NCBI RefSeq assembly: GCF_000018105.1
Contig: NC_009925.1
Span: forward strand, 3,120,001-3,152,000
DNA: 32,000 nucleotides
Reading direction: 5' to 3'
Origin: Acaryochloris marina MBIC11017
GTDB lineage: Bacteria; Cyanobacteriota; Cyanobacteriia; Thermosynechococcales; Thermosynechococcaceae
Under the pieces are notes generated by a model, which did no database searches, was not told the DNA's origin, and saw nothing but the letters and a program-made list of their open reading frames with translations. This document shows positions 17,610 to 26,380 of this stretch, piece by piece (the first letter of the stretch is position 1; each line of letters starts with the position of its first letter). A program made the translations under genes and the position numbers.

Positions 17610-18125
17610 TTATGGATAGTCACTCAGGCAGAGTTGTTGCAGCCGTTGAGATAAGGTTGGCAGATCAAGCGTCTCAAACGTTCGATTGATGGTCTGGATG
17701 CTTTCAGGTATCTCATCATGGGTTAAAAACATGTTTCCCATAAAGCCTGGAAGTTGGGCAAAGCGTTGGGGACCTAAGCCATAGGCGAGAATTGCACCAA
17801 TTGAGCATTTGTTGATGCTGAGAATATCAATACAGTTGTTCGAGCTAAAATGGAAGCCATTTTTCCCTTCTGGGGTCGCCAGAGCGTTCCATAATGTTTG
17901 GAAACTCTCGATCATAAAGGCTAAGACGAAGTGGTTATAAATGTCACCTGTTCCGTTCGTCCAGTCTTGAAATAGGTGATCGGGATTCTGCTGCCACTTC
18001 TGTAGAACAGATTTGGATTGAGTTGGCAAAGTAGCTGACTTCACAGCTTCCTCAAATAAAGGTTGCAAAATTTGCTCATCTCGTTCGGAAGGATGGCATA
18101 TAAGCCAAGAATAGTCGGTACTCAT
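17610..18125 (-). CDS. Hypothetical protein
   Basis: 171-aa ORF with ATG start, convergent with 16828..17496. No recognisable domain. Confidence 0.5.
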   Translation of the reverse strand: MSTDYSWLICHPSERDEQILQPLFEEAVKSATLPTQSKSVLQKWQQNPDHLFQDWTNGTGDIYNHFVLAFMIESFQTLWNALATPEGKNGFHFSSNNCIDILSINKCSIGAILAYGLGPQRFAQLPGFMGNMFLTHDEIPESIQTINRTFETLDLPTLSQRLQQLCLSDYP

Positions 18126-18269
18126 AGGGATGAATTTTTAGAATATTGGGGTGCTCTGCCTAAAGAAGTCCGTTCTACCACAGCTCTTAAGGGTGTTGCT
18201 CTGCAAAAAGTACAGAATTTGACTTCTCAGTACAGTTAAGAATGGCGTCTCAAAAAATCATGTCTGACT

Positions 18270-18602
18270 ATGCCCCAAGTTACAGCTCAAGGGAAAACGT
18301 TTTCTTGCCCCGTTGGCGCTAATTTACGTCAAGTTCTACTGGAAAACCAAGTCGATCTCTACAATGGTCAAGCGCGGCTGATTAACTGTCATGGCATTGG
18401 CACCTGTGGGACTTGTGCCGTGGCGATTATGGGTGATGTTTCAGAGGTGAATCGACGCGATCGCATGCGTCGGTCCTTACCACCCCATGATTCGCAACGC
18501 GATCTGCGGCTGGCTTGCCAAACCAAAGTGTTAGGCGATATTACCGTCACTAAATTTGATGGATTTTGGGGACAGGGAACCACTCCTGAATGGTCTGAGT
18601 GA
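18270..18602 (+). CDS. 2Fe-2S ferredoxin-like iron-sulfur protein
   Basis: 110 aa. Cys ligand pattern CHGIGTCGTC ... C (C40-X5-C46-X2-C49-X33-C83) in a beta-grasp-sized protein. Confidence 0.78.
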   Translation: MPQVTAQGKTFSCPVGANLRQVLLENQVDLYNGQARLINCHGIGTCGTCAVAIMGDVSEVNRRDRMRRSLPPHDSQRDLRLACQTKVLGDITVTKFDGFWGQGTTPEWSE

Positions 18603-18674
18603 CTTAAAAACTCCCATAAAGAGTAATAAAACTGATTATCCTGAAGATGGATGCTTTCCCTGGAGACCCCATCA

Positions 18675-20063
18675 ATGACTGCCCAACTCACCACCTCTCC
18701 AATTCAGAAATTGGTTGCTGCTCAAAGAACGTATTTTGAGACGGGGCAGACAAAATCCCATGAATTTCGGTTAGCCCAACTCCAAAAGCTGCGGCAAGTG
18801 ATCATTGAGCGTCAAGATGACATTGCTGCTGCTGCGAAAGCTGATCTAGGGCGTCCAACCTTTGAGGCTTATTTTGAAATTGCGGCCTTAGGAGAAATCA
18901 AGGTCGCTATCAAACAGCTAAAGACCTGGATGAAGCCCCAGCGCGTCGCTACGGGAGTCGATGTCTTTCCTGGATCGGCCTGGATTCAGCCTGATCCGCT
19001 AGGTGTGGTCCTGGTAATTGCGCCCTGGAACTACCCCTTTTCTCTCCTGATTAATCCGTTAGTAGGTGCGATCGCAGCAGGAAACTGCTCGATTCTCAAA
19101 CCCTCAGAACATGCTCCTCATAACGCTCAGGTTGTGTCTAAGCTGATTGGTGATACCTTTCCTGAAAACTATATTGCGGTGGTTGAAGGGGAAGCAGACA
19201 CCAGCAAACAGTTGTTGGCCGAGAAGTTTGACCATATTTTCTTCACCGGAGGCACTGCCATTGGTCGAGAGGTAATGAAGGCAGCGGCGGAAAACCTCAC
19301 CCCGGTCACCCTAGAACTAGGGGGTAAAAGCCCTTGCATTGTTGATTCAGAGATTCACTTTGAGCATGCAGCGAAGCGGATCATTTGGGGCAAATTTATT
19401 AACGCGGGTCAGACCTGTGTAGCCCCCGATTACTTGCTGATTGACCACACCATCAAAGATGAGTTTGTTACCTATCTCAAGCAAGCCGTTCACAACTTCT
19501 ATGGTGAAAATCCTGCCAATAGTCCTGACTTTGGTCGACTCATCAACCAGCGTCATTTCAATCGACTGACCCAGTTTCTAGACAATGGTGAAGTGATTGT
19601 TGGCGGTCAAACCGATCCAGAAGCTTGCTATATTGCACCGACGTTGATCGATCAGGTCACTTGGGACGATCCAATTATGCAGGAAGAAATCTTCGGTCCC
19701 ATTTTGCCGATTTTGACCTACAACACTTTAGATGAAGCGATTGCTCAGGTAAATGCCCGTCCTAAACCCTTGGCTCTCTATTTCTTCTCCAAAAATGAAG
19801 ACAAGCAGCAACAAGTGTTGACCTCAACGTCATCGGGAGGGGCTTGTATCAATGAAACGGTCCTGCATGTCGGGGTTGGCACCTTACCGTTTGGAGGGGT
19901 CGGTCCTAGTGGTATGGGCAGCTACCATGGCAAAGCCAGTTTTGATACATTTTCCCATCAAAAAAGTGTTTTGAAACGAGCTTTCTGGCTCGATCTGGGC
20001 TGGCGATATGCGCCCTATACGGTCAAAGGCTTAAATCAAGTGAAGCGGATTGTGACGGGTTAG
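18675..20063 (+). CDS. Aldehyde dehydrogenase, class 3-like (fatty/apocarotenoid aldehyde dehydrogenase type)
   Basis: ALDH motifs ELGGKSP, catalytic Cys in NAGQTCVAPDY, and EEIFGPILPI. Start could be the ATG at 18651 or at 18675 (MTAQLTTS...); I list the latter. Confidence 0.92.
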   Translation: MTAQLTTSPIQKLVAAQRTYFETGQTKSHEFRLAQLQKLRQVIIERQDDIAAAAKADLGRPTFEAYFEIAALGEIKVAIKQLKTWMKPQRVATGVDVFPGSAWIQPDPLGVVLVIAPWNYPFSLLINPLVGAIAAGNCSILKPSEHAPHNAQVVSKLIGDTFPENYIAVVEGEADTSKQLLAEKFDHIFFTGGTAIGREVMKAAAENLTPVTLELGGKSPCIVDSEIHFEHAAKRIIWGKFINAGQTCVAPDYLLIDHTIKDEFVTYLKQAVHNFYGENPANSPDFGRLINQRHFNRLTQFLDNGEVIVGGQTDPEACYIAPTLIDQVTWDDPIMQEEIFGPILPILTYNTLDEAIAQVNARPKPLALYFFSKNEDKQQQVLTSTSSGGACINETVLHVGVGTLPFGGVGPSGMGSYHGKASFDTFSHQKSVLKRAFWLDLGWRYAPYTVKGLNQVKRIVTG

Positions 20064-20071
20064 AACGCACA

Positions 20072-20680
20072 TTAACCTCCTCCAGCACCAATCGCATTGT
20101 GGCGAGTAATGGCAAAGGGCCAGCTAATCATCTCTGGGGGATGCCAGAAATTTTTATAAGCCAGTGCCATCTGTTTAGCCGCTCGCTCAAAGGGCATTTG
20201 ACCCGTCGCCGTTCCTAAACCTGGACAAGCAACACTGCGAATTGGTTGCGCATGGGATTGGTTGTGATGCCAAATGGCTAACAGCATGGCCCACATGGCT
20301 TGGTAGACATTATCGGTCGTGGCAATTGGCATGGGCACCCGCATCGTTGGCGTATGGGCCAGAAAGGGATGTTGGGGATGATGAGTCTCAATAATAAATG
20401 CAGTACCTACGGGTTGCTCGCCCCGAAAGTGCTGAAGGATACAGGTTTGTACTCGATCCATTAGATCCAGGCCAAAGTAGCGTGTAATGGCTCCATCGAC
20501 GCCACCATCCATCAGGCCAAATGAGTTGCCAGCACTCACCATACAGTCATATTGGGAGAGATCTTCAAACCGACCGTTGATGATGTCAACCTGAGATTGC
20601 CCTTCAAATTTGAGCTGCCATTGCTCGCACAGTTCGGGAATAGGATCGACCAGAATGAGTTGTAAGTCGGTTAACTGCAT
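20072..20680 (-). CDS. Macro-domain protein (ADP-ribose binding/hydrolase fold)
   Basis: 202 aa. Diagnostic macro-domain loop SAGNSFGLMDGGVDGAI and a later CPGLGTATG phosphate-binding-type loop. Confidence 0.72.
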   Translation of the reverse strand: MQLTDLQLILVDPIPELCEQWQLKFEGQSQVDIINGRFEDLSQYDCMVSAGNSFGLMDGGVDGAITRYFGLDLMDRVQTCILQHFRGEQPVGTAFIIETHHPQHPFLAHTPTMRVPMPIATTDNVYQAMWAMLLAIWHHNQSHAQPIRSVACPGLGTATGQMPFERAAKQMALAYKNFWHPPEMISWPFAITRHNAIGAGGG

Positions 20681-20697
20681 ACATTCTTCCTCTGAAC

Positions 20698-21657
20698 TTA
20701 GCAGCCTCTAGGTGGATAGTAGAGAGTGGGGCCTACAGTTGCAGACCACCAGGGAATCCAGCCTTCATGGAACTTGAACGTTTCTTCAGTGCCACAAAAA
20801 TCACGGGGAATACTGATTCGGACTCGCATCCAGTTTCCCTGTATTTCTAACGGTTCGATACCATAGTCTCTGCCCGATAAATCTGACTGCAAGGTGAAAA
20901 GTGTAGGACTGGAAGCACTAGGGGGGGACTTCAGCGAGATAGAAGGTGAAAGTTGTTCTCGCTTGTACAAATAACCCCTGTTACTTTTTTGGGCAGTATC
21001 CACAGGTTGAAAGAGGTCTTTCCAGTATTGGACGACCGGTGGATATTGTTGTTGAAAATGGTCTTTTCTCACCCAGGCCGTCCCATCGCGATCTCCTTCG
21101 GGATGCGCATATTGAATCTGAAACCATCCCTCTGGCGTTTCTTGCAAGACGATAAAGGCATAAGTTTCATAGGACGTCTGCACCATATTGGGCTCAAACT
21201 CTAAAAATTGGGCTGTAGAGCCCGATAGATCGACGACCAATTTTCCTGTTAGTACTCCCCACTGTTTACCTTGTGCGGAATTGTACAAAGGTAAGCAAAG
21301 CCGATTTAACCACTCATCTCCAGGATTAGAAACAGCTATATTTCTCGAAGATGGATCTGATTGTGAGCGACGTTCAACTAAAAAGCCGATACCCCAATTG
21401 GGCTGAGCGGGTTTCCGATTGAAGCTTTCCCCATTAGACATTGGTATCCGACTGTTATCCCATGAACAGTGCAGTACGTCAGTTTCTTCAGCGATGGATC
21501 GAGGAGATTGAAGCTGTTCCGCTTGTTCATCACCAGAGACAGGCACCGTATTTTGGCTAGGTCCCTGTTCACAGGCGATAGACAGTAGTGCCATGCCCAA
21601 CAATATCCACACGAAACGGTATTCGTAACAGTGTTGTTTTGTTACGGGCTTTAGCAT
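20698..21657 (-). CDS. Hypothetical lipoprotein with SH3-like segments
   Basis: 319 aa. Signal peptide plus lipobox (LLSIAC). Segments resembling bacterial SH3 repeats (EGWFQIQYAHPEG..GTAWVRKDH; IQGNWMRVRISIP). Stop lies 17 nt upstream of the macro-domain gene start. Confidence 0.55.
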   Translation of the reverse strand: MLKPVTKQHCYEYRFVWILLGMALLSIACEQGPSQNTVPVSGDEQAEQLQSPRSIAEETDVLHCSWDNSRIPMSNGESFNRKPAQPNWGIGFLVERRSQSDPSSRNIAVSNPGDEWLNRLCLPLYNSAQGKQWGVLTGKLVVDLSGSTAQFLEFEPNMVQTSYETYAFIVLQETPEGWFQIQYAHPEGDRDGTAWVRKDHFQQQYPPVVQYWKDLFQPVDTAQKSNRGYLYKREQLSPSISLKSPPSASSPTLFTLQSDLSGRDYGIEPLEIQGNWMRVRISIPRDFCGTEETFKFHEGWIPWWSATVGPTLYYPPRGC

Positions 21658-21715
21658 CTACGGATCAAGAGCGGCACTGAGGAACAGATTCTTAGATGGC
21701 ATTGTTTCCTGTGAA

Positions 21716-24331
21716 TTACTCTAATTCAGTTTCACCTTCCTCATCAGAGAGATCCTCGGGGGGGACTAGCGCAACTGCCGCAATATAGTCATCTTCATCC
21801 AATCGTTGGACTCGGACGCCAGTAGCTGCGCGAGACTGGGATGAAATATCTGTTACCGCTTGTCGAATCACAATGCCTCGGCTAGTGACCAACATCAACT
21901 CATCTTCAGCATTGACGATCCGAAGTGCGGCTAACTGATCGGGCGTCTTCAGCTTTTTGAACTTGGTAGCGGTGACCCCTTTACCGGCCCGATTTTGCAG
22001 CCTGAATTGAGCCACAGGCACCCGCTTACCAAAGCCATTGGTGGTAATGACTAAGACCCAAGGTCCGGGCTGTTCAACGGTTTCAGATTCTTCTTCATTG
22101 CCGTCGTCCTCGACCAAAACATCTGGATCATCCGTCTCTTCATCGTCTGCATCCGTTGCGTTGCCTAATGTCTCTACAACGGCACTCGATAGGATGTCCA
22201 TACCGATAAATTCATCGCCTTCCCGCAGACGCATGGCCCGTACCCCTCGCGTAGCTCGTCCTAAGGGCCGAAGCTGTTGATGATCCGCCCGGAAATGGAT
22301 GGACATGCCTCGGCGAGAGCCAATGACGATACTGTCTTCTGCTCGGGTTAACCGCACCCAGCGCAGTAAATCTCCTTCTTCTAGGGAAATGGCAATTAGG
22401 CCATTGGCCCGAATATTGCTGAAGGCCGCTAGAGCAGTTTTCTTGATAAAGCCGCCAGCAGTCATCATAACTAGATATTCGTCTTCACTAAATTCGCTGA
22501 CGGGGATGACGGAGGTAATTTTTTCTTCTCGCGGAATGGGTAAGAGCTGCACTAAAGGCACACCCCTGGCTGTGCGGGAACTGACGGGGATTTGATAGGC
22601 ACGCAGGCAGTATACGACGCCGCGATCGCTAAAAAATAACACACTGTCATGGTCGCAGCAGCCAAAGAAATGCTCTACCGCATCATCTTCTTTAATTTTG
22701 GCCCCGGCTCGACCTCGAGTGGCTCGGCTTTGAGCATTAAAGGTATCCACAGGCATCCGCTTCACGTAGCCCTGTTCTGTCACCAAAATCACGGCCTGAT
22801 CGTTGGCAATCAGGTCAATATCGTCTAGGTCTGCTAGATTAGCCTCAATTAAGGTGCGACGGGGGCTGGCAAACTTGGTTTTAAGTTCGGTGACTTCCGT
22901 TTCGATAATTTCTAGCACTCGCTCGCGACGGGCCAGAATATCTTCTAGATCAGCGATTCGCTCTTGTAAATCTTGATGCTCTCGCTCGATTTTTTCAGCT
23001 TCTAAAGCAGTGAGTCGGCGAAGCTGCATTTGCAGAATGGCATCGGCCTGGGTATCAGATAGCCCAAATCCATCCATCAGTTCTTGACGAGCTACTGCAG
23101 AATCTGCCGCTTGGCGAATGAGCTGAATGACTGCATCTAGATTGTCTAAAGCAATGAGTAATCCCTGTAACAGGTGATCGCGTTCTTGGGCTTTGCGCAG
23201 CTGGAAACGAGTGCGGCGCAAGATTGCATCTTCCCGGAACTCCAAAAAGACGCTCAGGAACTGCCTTAGGGTGAGAAGCTGCGGATCGCCGCCCACTAGC
23301 GCCAACATATTGGCCCCAAAATTCGTTTGGATGGGGGTTTGTTTATAAAGATTGTTAAGAACCACCTGGGGATAAGCATCCCGCTTCAGTTCAATCACAA
23401 TCCGCATCCCGTCGCGATCGCTTTCATCGCGAATATCTGAAATGCCTTCTAAGCGCTTGTCATTGACGTTTTCGGCAATTCGCTCAATCAGGGCAGCTTT
23501 ATTGGTTTGAAACGGTAGCTCTGTGATGATAATGGCTTCCCGATCAGGACGCCCAGATTGTTCTAAGGTTTCAATCTCAGCCACCCCACGCATGGTGATG
23601 GAGCCACGGCCGGTGGTATAGGCTTCACGAATACCAGCTGTTCCTAAAATCCGGCCCCCTGTGGGGAAATCGGGACCTGGAATGATTTTCATCAACTCCA
23701 GATCGGTAATCTCAGGATTATGAATGAGAGCCACTAGGCCATCAATGACTTCTCCCAGATTATGGGGAGGAATATTGGTTGCCATTCCCACCGCAATCCC
23801 TGAAGATCCGTTGATTAAAAGTTGAGGGATGCGAGCAGGCAGAACGAGAGGTTCTTGTTGTGACCCATCAAAGTTATCGCCAAAGTCAACGGTTTCTTGC
23901 TCAATATCGGGTAGAAGCGAGTCCGTACTGAGGGCCTGTAAGCGACATTCTGTATATCGCATGGCCGCAGGTGGATCGTTATCAATCGATCCAAAGTTTC
24001 CATGGCCATTAATCAGAGGCATGCGCATGGAGAAGTCCTGCGCCATGCGTACTAAGGCGTCATATACCGCCGTATCACCATGGGGATGATATTTACCCAA
24101 TACTTCCCCAACCACACGAGCGCATTTCCGGAAGGGGCGATCAGGGGTTAAACCCAACTCATACATGGCGTATAAGATACGTCGATGCACGGGTTTGAGG
24201 CCATCTCTAGCATCTGGCAAGGCCCGACCAACAATGACGCTCATGGCGTATTCCAGGTAGGAGCGCGACATCTCATCCCGTAGATCTGTGAGAATAATGC
24301 GGTCCTGCGCTGGATCAGAGGAGAAGGTCAT
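21716..24331 (-). CDS. gyrA: DNA gyrase subunit A
   Basis: 871 aa. N-terminal [27 protein letters not shown], active-site Tyr context [10 protein letters not shown], GyrA-box-like region and C-terminal beta-pinwheel repeats. Acidic C-terminal tail. Confidence 0.97.
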   Translation of the reverse strand: MTFSSDPAQDRIILTDLRDEMSRSYLEYAMSVIVGRALPDARDGLKPVHRRILYAMYELGLTPDRPFRKCARVVGEVLGKYHPHGDTAVYDALVRMAQDFSMRMPLINGHGNFGSIDNDPPAAMRYTECRLQALSTDSLLPDIEQETVDFGDNFDGSQQEPLVLPARIPQLLINGSSGIAVGMATNIPPHNLGEVIDGLVALIHNPEITDLELMKIIPGPDFPTGGRILGTAGIREAYTTGRGSITMRGVAEIETLEQSGRPDREAIIITELPFQTNKAALIERIAENVNDKRLEGISDIRDESDRDGMRIVIELKRDAYPQVVLNNLYKQTPIQTNFGANMLALVGGDPQLLTLRQFLSVFLEFREDAILRRTRFQLRKAQERDHLLQGLLIALDNLDAVIQLIRQAADSAVARQELMDGFGLSDTQADAILQMQLRRLTALEAEKIEREHQDLQERIADLEDILARRERVLEIIETEVTELKTKFASPRRTLIEANLADLDDIDLIANDQAVILVTEQGYVKRMPVDTFNAQSRATRGRAGAKIKEDDAVEHFFGCCDHDSVLFFSDRGVVYCLRAYQIPVSSRTARGVPLVQLLPIPREEKITSVIPVSEFSEDEYLVMMTAGGFIKKTALAAFSNIRANGLIAISLEEGDLLRWVRLTRAEDSIVIGSRRGMSIHFRADHQQLRPLGRATRGVRAMRLREGDEFIGMDILSSAVVETLGNATDADDEETDDPDVLVEDDGNEEESETVEQPGPWVLVITTNGFGKRVPVAQFRLQNRAGKGVTATKFKKLKTPDQLAALRIVNAEDELMLVTSRGIVIRQAVTDISSQSRAATGVRVQRLDEDDYIAAVALVPPEDLSDEEGETELE

Positions 24332-25062
24332 ATGGTTTGAAAAACTCCTAAAAAGATGCTTAGTTGAGAAATAGCTTGATCAATAACGACTTACCATTAA
24401 TATCATTAAAAAATTAAGCTATTTACCCCCGATTACAGCAGTTATTCTATCATGTTTTGATGCTTGACGGCTCCATTTGCAGTGTTGGCAATAGCTCACA
24501 AAGTTTGCTCCTAGTCTTGCTTTCAAAGATTGCTTACATAATCAATTCTGACCCGTAAAGTAATTCACTAGAAATCTGTAAATATTAAATGGCCTTGCCT
24601 GTAGATTTTGCTAACTACAACGGTTTTTTAAAGTGACGTAGAGTAAGGACATCTTTGCAGAAAAATAATCTTTTTTCAGAATTTGCGGCGGATTATGACC
24701 CGTATTGAGTGATGGGCTCTGCTCCCGTTATCGATCAGCGATGTTCAGGTTTAATCCCATGTCCATCACTCAAGATTGGATGGGCACAGAATGGGCTTTG
24801 AGGCAGCGCATTCGCCAAGAGTTTAAGGCACTTAAAGTTGAAAATGAGACGGATGAAGAGACCGGATTTGGAATCGGTTTTGGGGTTAGCGATGCTCTAC
24901 CTTTGACCTCATTCAGAGAATGATCGATCAAACTCATGAATTTGGGAATTCGCATATTCTAAAGTCTGGTTTGATACTGATCTCCTTGAGTTAAAAATTG
25001 AGATTTCTAACGGCATCTCATTGTTTGCCAATCAAGTTTATATTCAACAAGAGACCTTGACG

Positions 25063-25374
25063 ATGGTGGTGTCTGATCTAAAAGTCTTCAGGACTCAGGT
25101 CCATGGGGGGATTCTGGATGTCTGTCTGGGATCGTTTGGTCCAGAGTATTCTGGCGGAGCATTTGATGCTCGATTTCACTTTCAGAAATTAGGACAGCTC
25201 TACATTACTTGCAGGCAGCAATCTCAGTTTACAGACTTTCCGCTTCGGCTGGTTGCTGATGAAGCTACAATCCACTTAAAAACCGAACCTGTGCTGCTAG
25301 ATTATTTCATTGTTGGTCTCACAGCGTTGTATATGGGGAATCCTGCTGAAGCTTATTTGGAGGCCATCCCATGA
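25063..25374 (+). CDS. Hypothetical protein (start uncertain: TTG 25021 or ATG 25063)
   Basis: Frame is open from 24940. No recognisable domain. Its stop overlaps the ATG of a following 49-aa ORF in an ATGA arrangement. Confidence 0.35.
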   Translation: MVVSDLKVFRTQVHGGILDVCLGSFGPEYSGGAFDARFHFQKLGQLYITCRQQSQFTDFPLRLVADEATIHLKTEPVLLDYFIVGLTALYMGNPAEAYLEAIP

Positions 25375-25520
25375 CGGTGGAGTCTGATGGATACCTCACT
25401 TCACCCTTGTTTATGTTTGAAGATCTTGTCTGGTTGCGAGTATGTGGGATGGTTACGCAAAAACTTCTGCCAGAATTGAACTGGATCTTTGAAATTCTCT
25501 CTACCGCTCGGTCAGAATAA
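25371..25520 (+). CDS. Small hypothetical protein (49 aa), possibly translationally coupled to the preceding ORF
   Basis: Manual translation gives MTVESDGYLTSPLFMFEDLVWLRVCGMVTQKLLPELNWIFEILSTARSE. ATG 25371-25373 overlaps TGA 25372-25374 of the upstream ORF. Below the ORF-track size cut-off. Confidence 0.25.
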   Translation: MTVESDGYLTSPLFMFEDLVWLRVCGMVTQKLLPELNWIFEILSTARSE

Positions 25521-25557
25521 TTTTGATAGTCCTTAAAACTTCAAAGAAGATTTCTCT

Positions 25558-26208
25558 CTAAACGGCTGCAGGTTGTAATAGCTTCACGTTGGAAAACTGG
25601 ATATCGGTAAGGGATGTTTCGCCTTGCTCATGGGTACGGACCACCTGACGTGTCATCACGTAGTAGCTACCCACAGGTTCATAGGTATCCTCGAATTCCA
25701 TTTGCCGAATAATCTCATTGGTTTTGGGATTACGGAAAACAGCGGAATAATCAGAAGAAATATAACCTGCTCCAGTCTCTAAGCTTTTTTTGTGGTGAAT
25801 GATGAAAGCCATGCGTCCCATCACCCGGCTAACTAGAGAGATTTGCTTTTCGCGAACGCAGTAATTTGACCCCATTGCATCCCCTTCAACAATAATCTCT
25901 TGAGAACCAGACGAATCGAGTTTTCCGAGGGTAAAGGTGCTCGAGCCGTGAGCTTTGTCGAACGGAGTGTGTTTTCGATGGGTAATCACATCTCGCATTT
26001 GGGTATATAGAGATTCTTGGATCGTTTCGTCTACGATATCCATAATCTCGACTTTTAGGTCGGAAGCTACGCGGATTTTACCGGTGTGAACTTCACCCCC
26101 TTGTCTAAGTTCAACGTCAGCGACATAGCCGGGGAAATCACTATCCCAGGTATAGCGATTCTCATAAGCTGCACGAAATAAATCACGAGCTTGGGTCTGA
26201 GCGGCCAT
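25558..26208 (-). CDS. DUF3386-family protein (conserved in cyanobacteria and plastid-bearing lineages)
   Basis: 216 aa. N-terminal ARDLFRAAYENRYTWDSDFPGY matches my recollection of the DUF3386 family. The family assignment is from memory and not verified. Confidence 0.7.
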   Translation of the reverse strand: MAAQTQARDLFRAAYENRYTWDSDFPGYVADVELRQGGEVHTGKIRVASDLKVEIMDIVDETIQESLYTQMRDVITHRKHTPFDKAHGSSTFTLGKLDSSGSQEIIVEGDAMGSNYCVREKQISLVSRVMGRMAFIIHHKKSLETGAGYISSDYSAVFRNPKTNEIIRQMEFEDTYEPVGSYYVMTRQVVRTHEQGETSLTDIQFSNVKLLQPAAV

Positions 26209-26380
26209 TACATGAAGTCTCCTTAACTTGTTTCGCGCGTTAGACTTTTTTCCAGTCTAGACTAATTTTTGGCTCAACCATCGTCATTATGGCATTTGGG
26301 GTGGTCATCTCTCTAGGGTCTAAGGGCTCTTTATCTGCATACATCAATTGAGAACCTATGAAAATCTAGAATTTCGGAAA

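Noticed and set aside
17524-17619. 31-aa ORF MPIAIKPLCDSCARCNSLGKTWNMSRAWLYG with a CxxCxxC motif between two hypothetical genes
   Set aside because: It is too short to support and has no obvious ribosome-binding context. It overlaps the 3' end of the convergent gene by 10 nt. Noted only as something ribosome profiling could revisit.
22038-24089. Antisense ORFs inside gyrA (22038-22280, 22299-22595, 23815-24009, 23829-24089)
   Set aside because: These are shadow ORFs opposite a highly conserved gene. The Ser-rich 22038 ORF is simply the complement of the acidic (GAN-codon) insertion.
24920-24994. 24-aa mini-ORF (MIDQTHEFGNSHILKSGLILISLS) as a stand-alone feature
   Set aside because: It cannot be supported as a gene on its own, so I mention it only as part of the ATGA-overlap chain finding.
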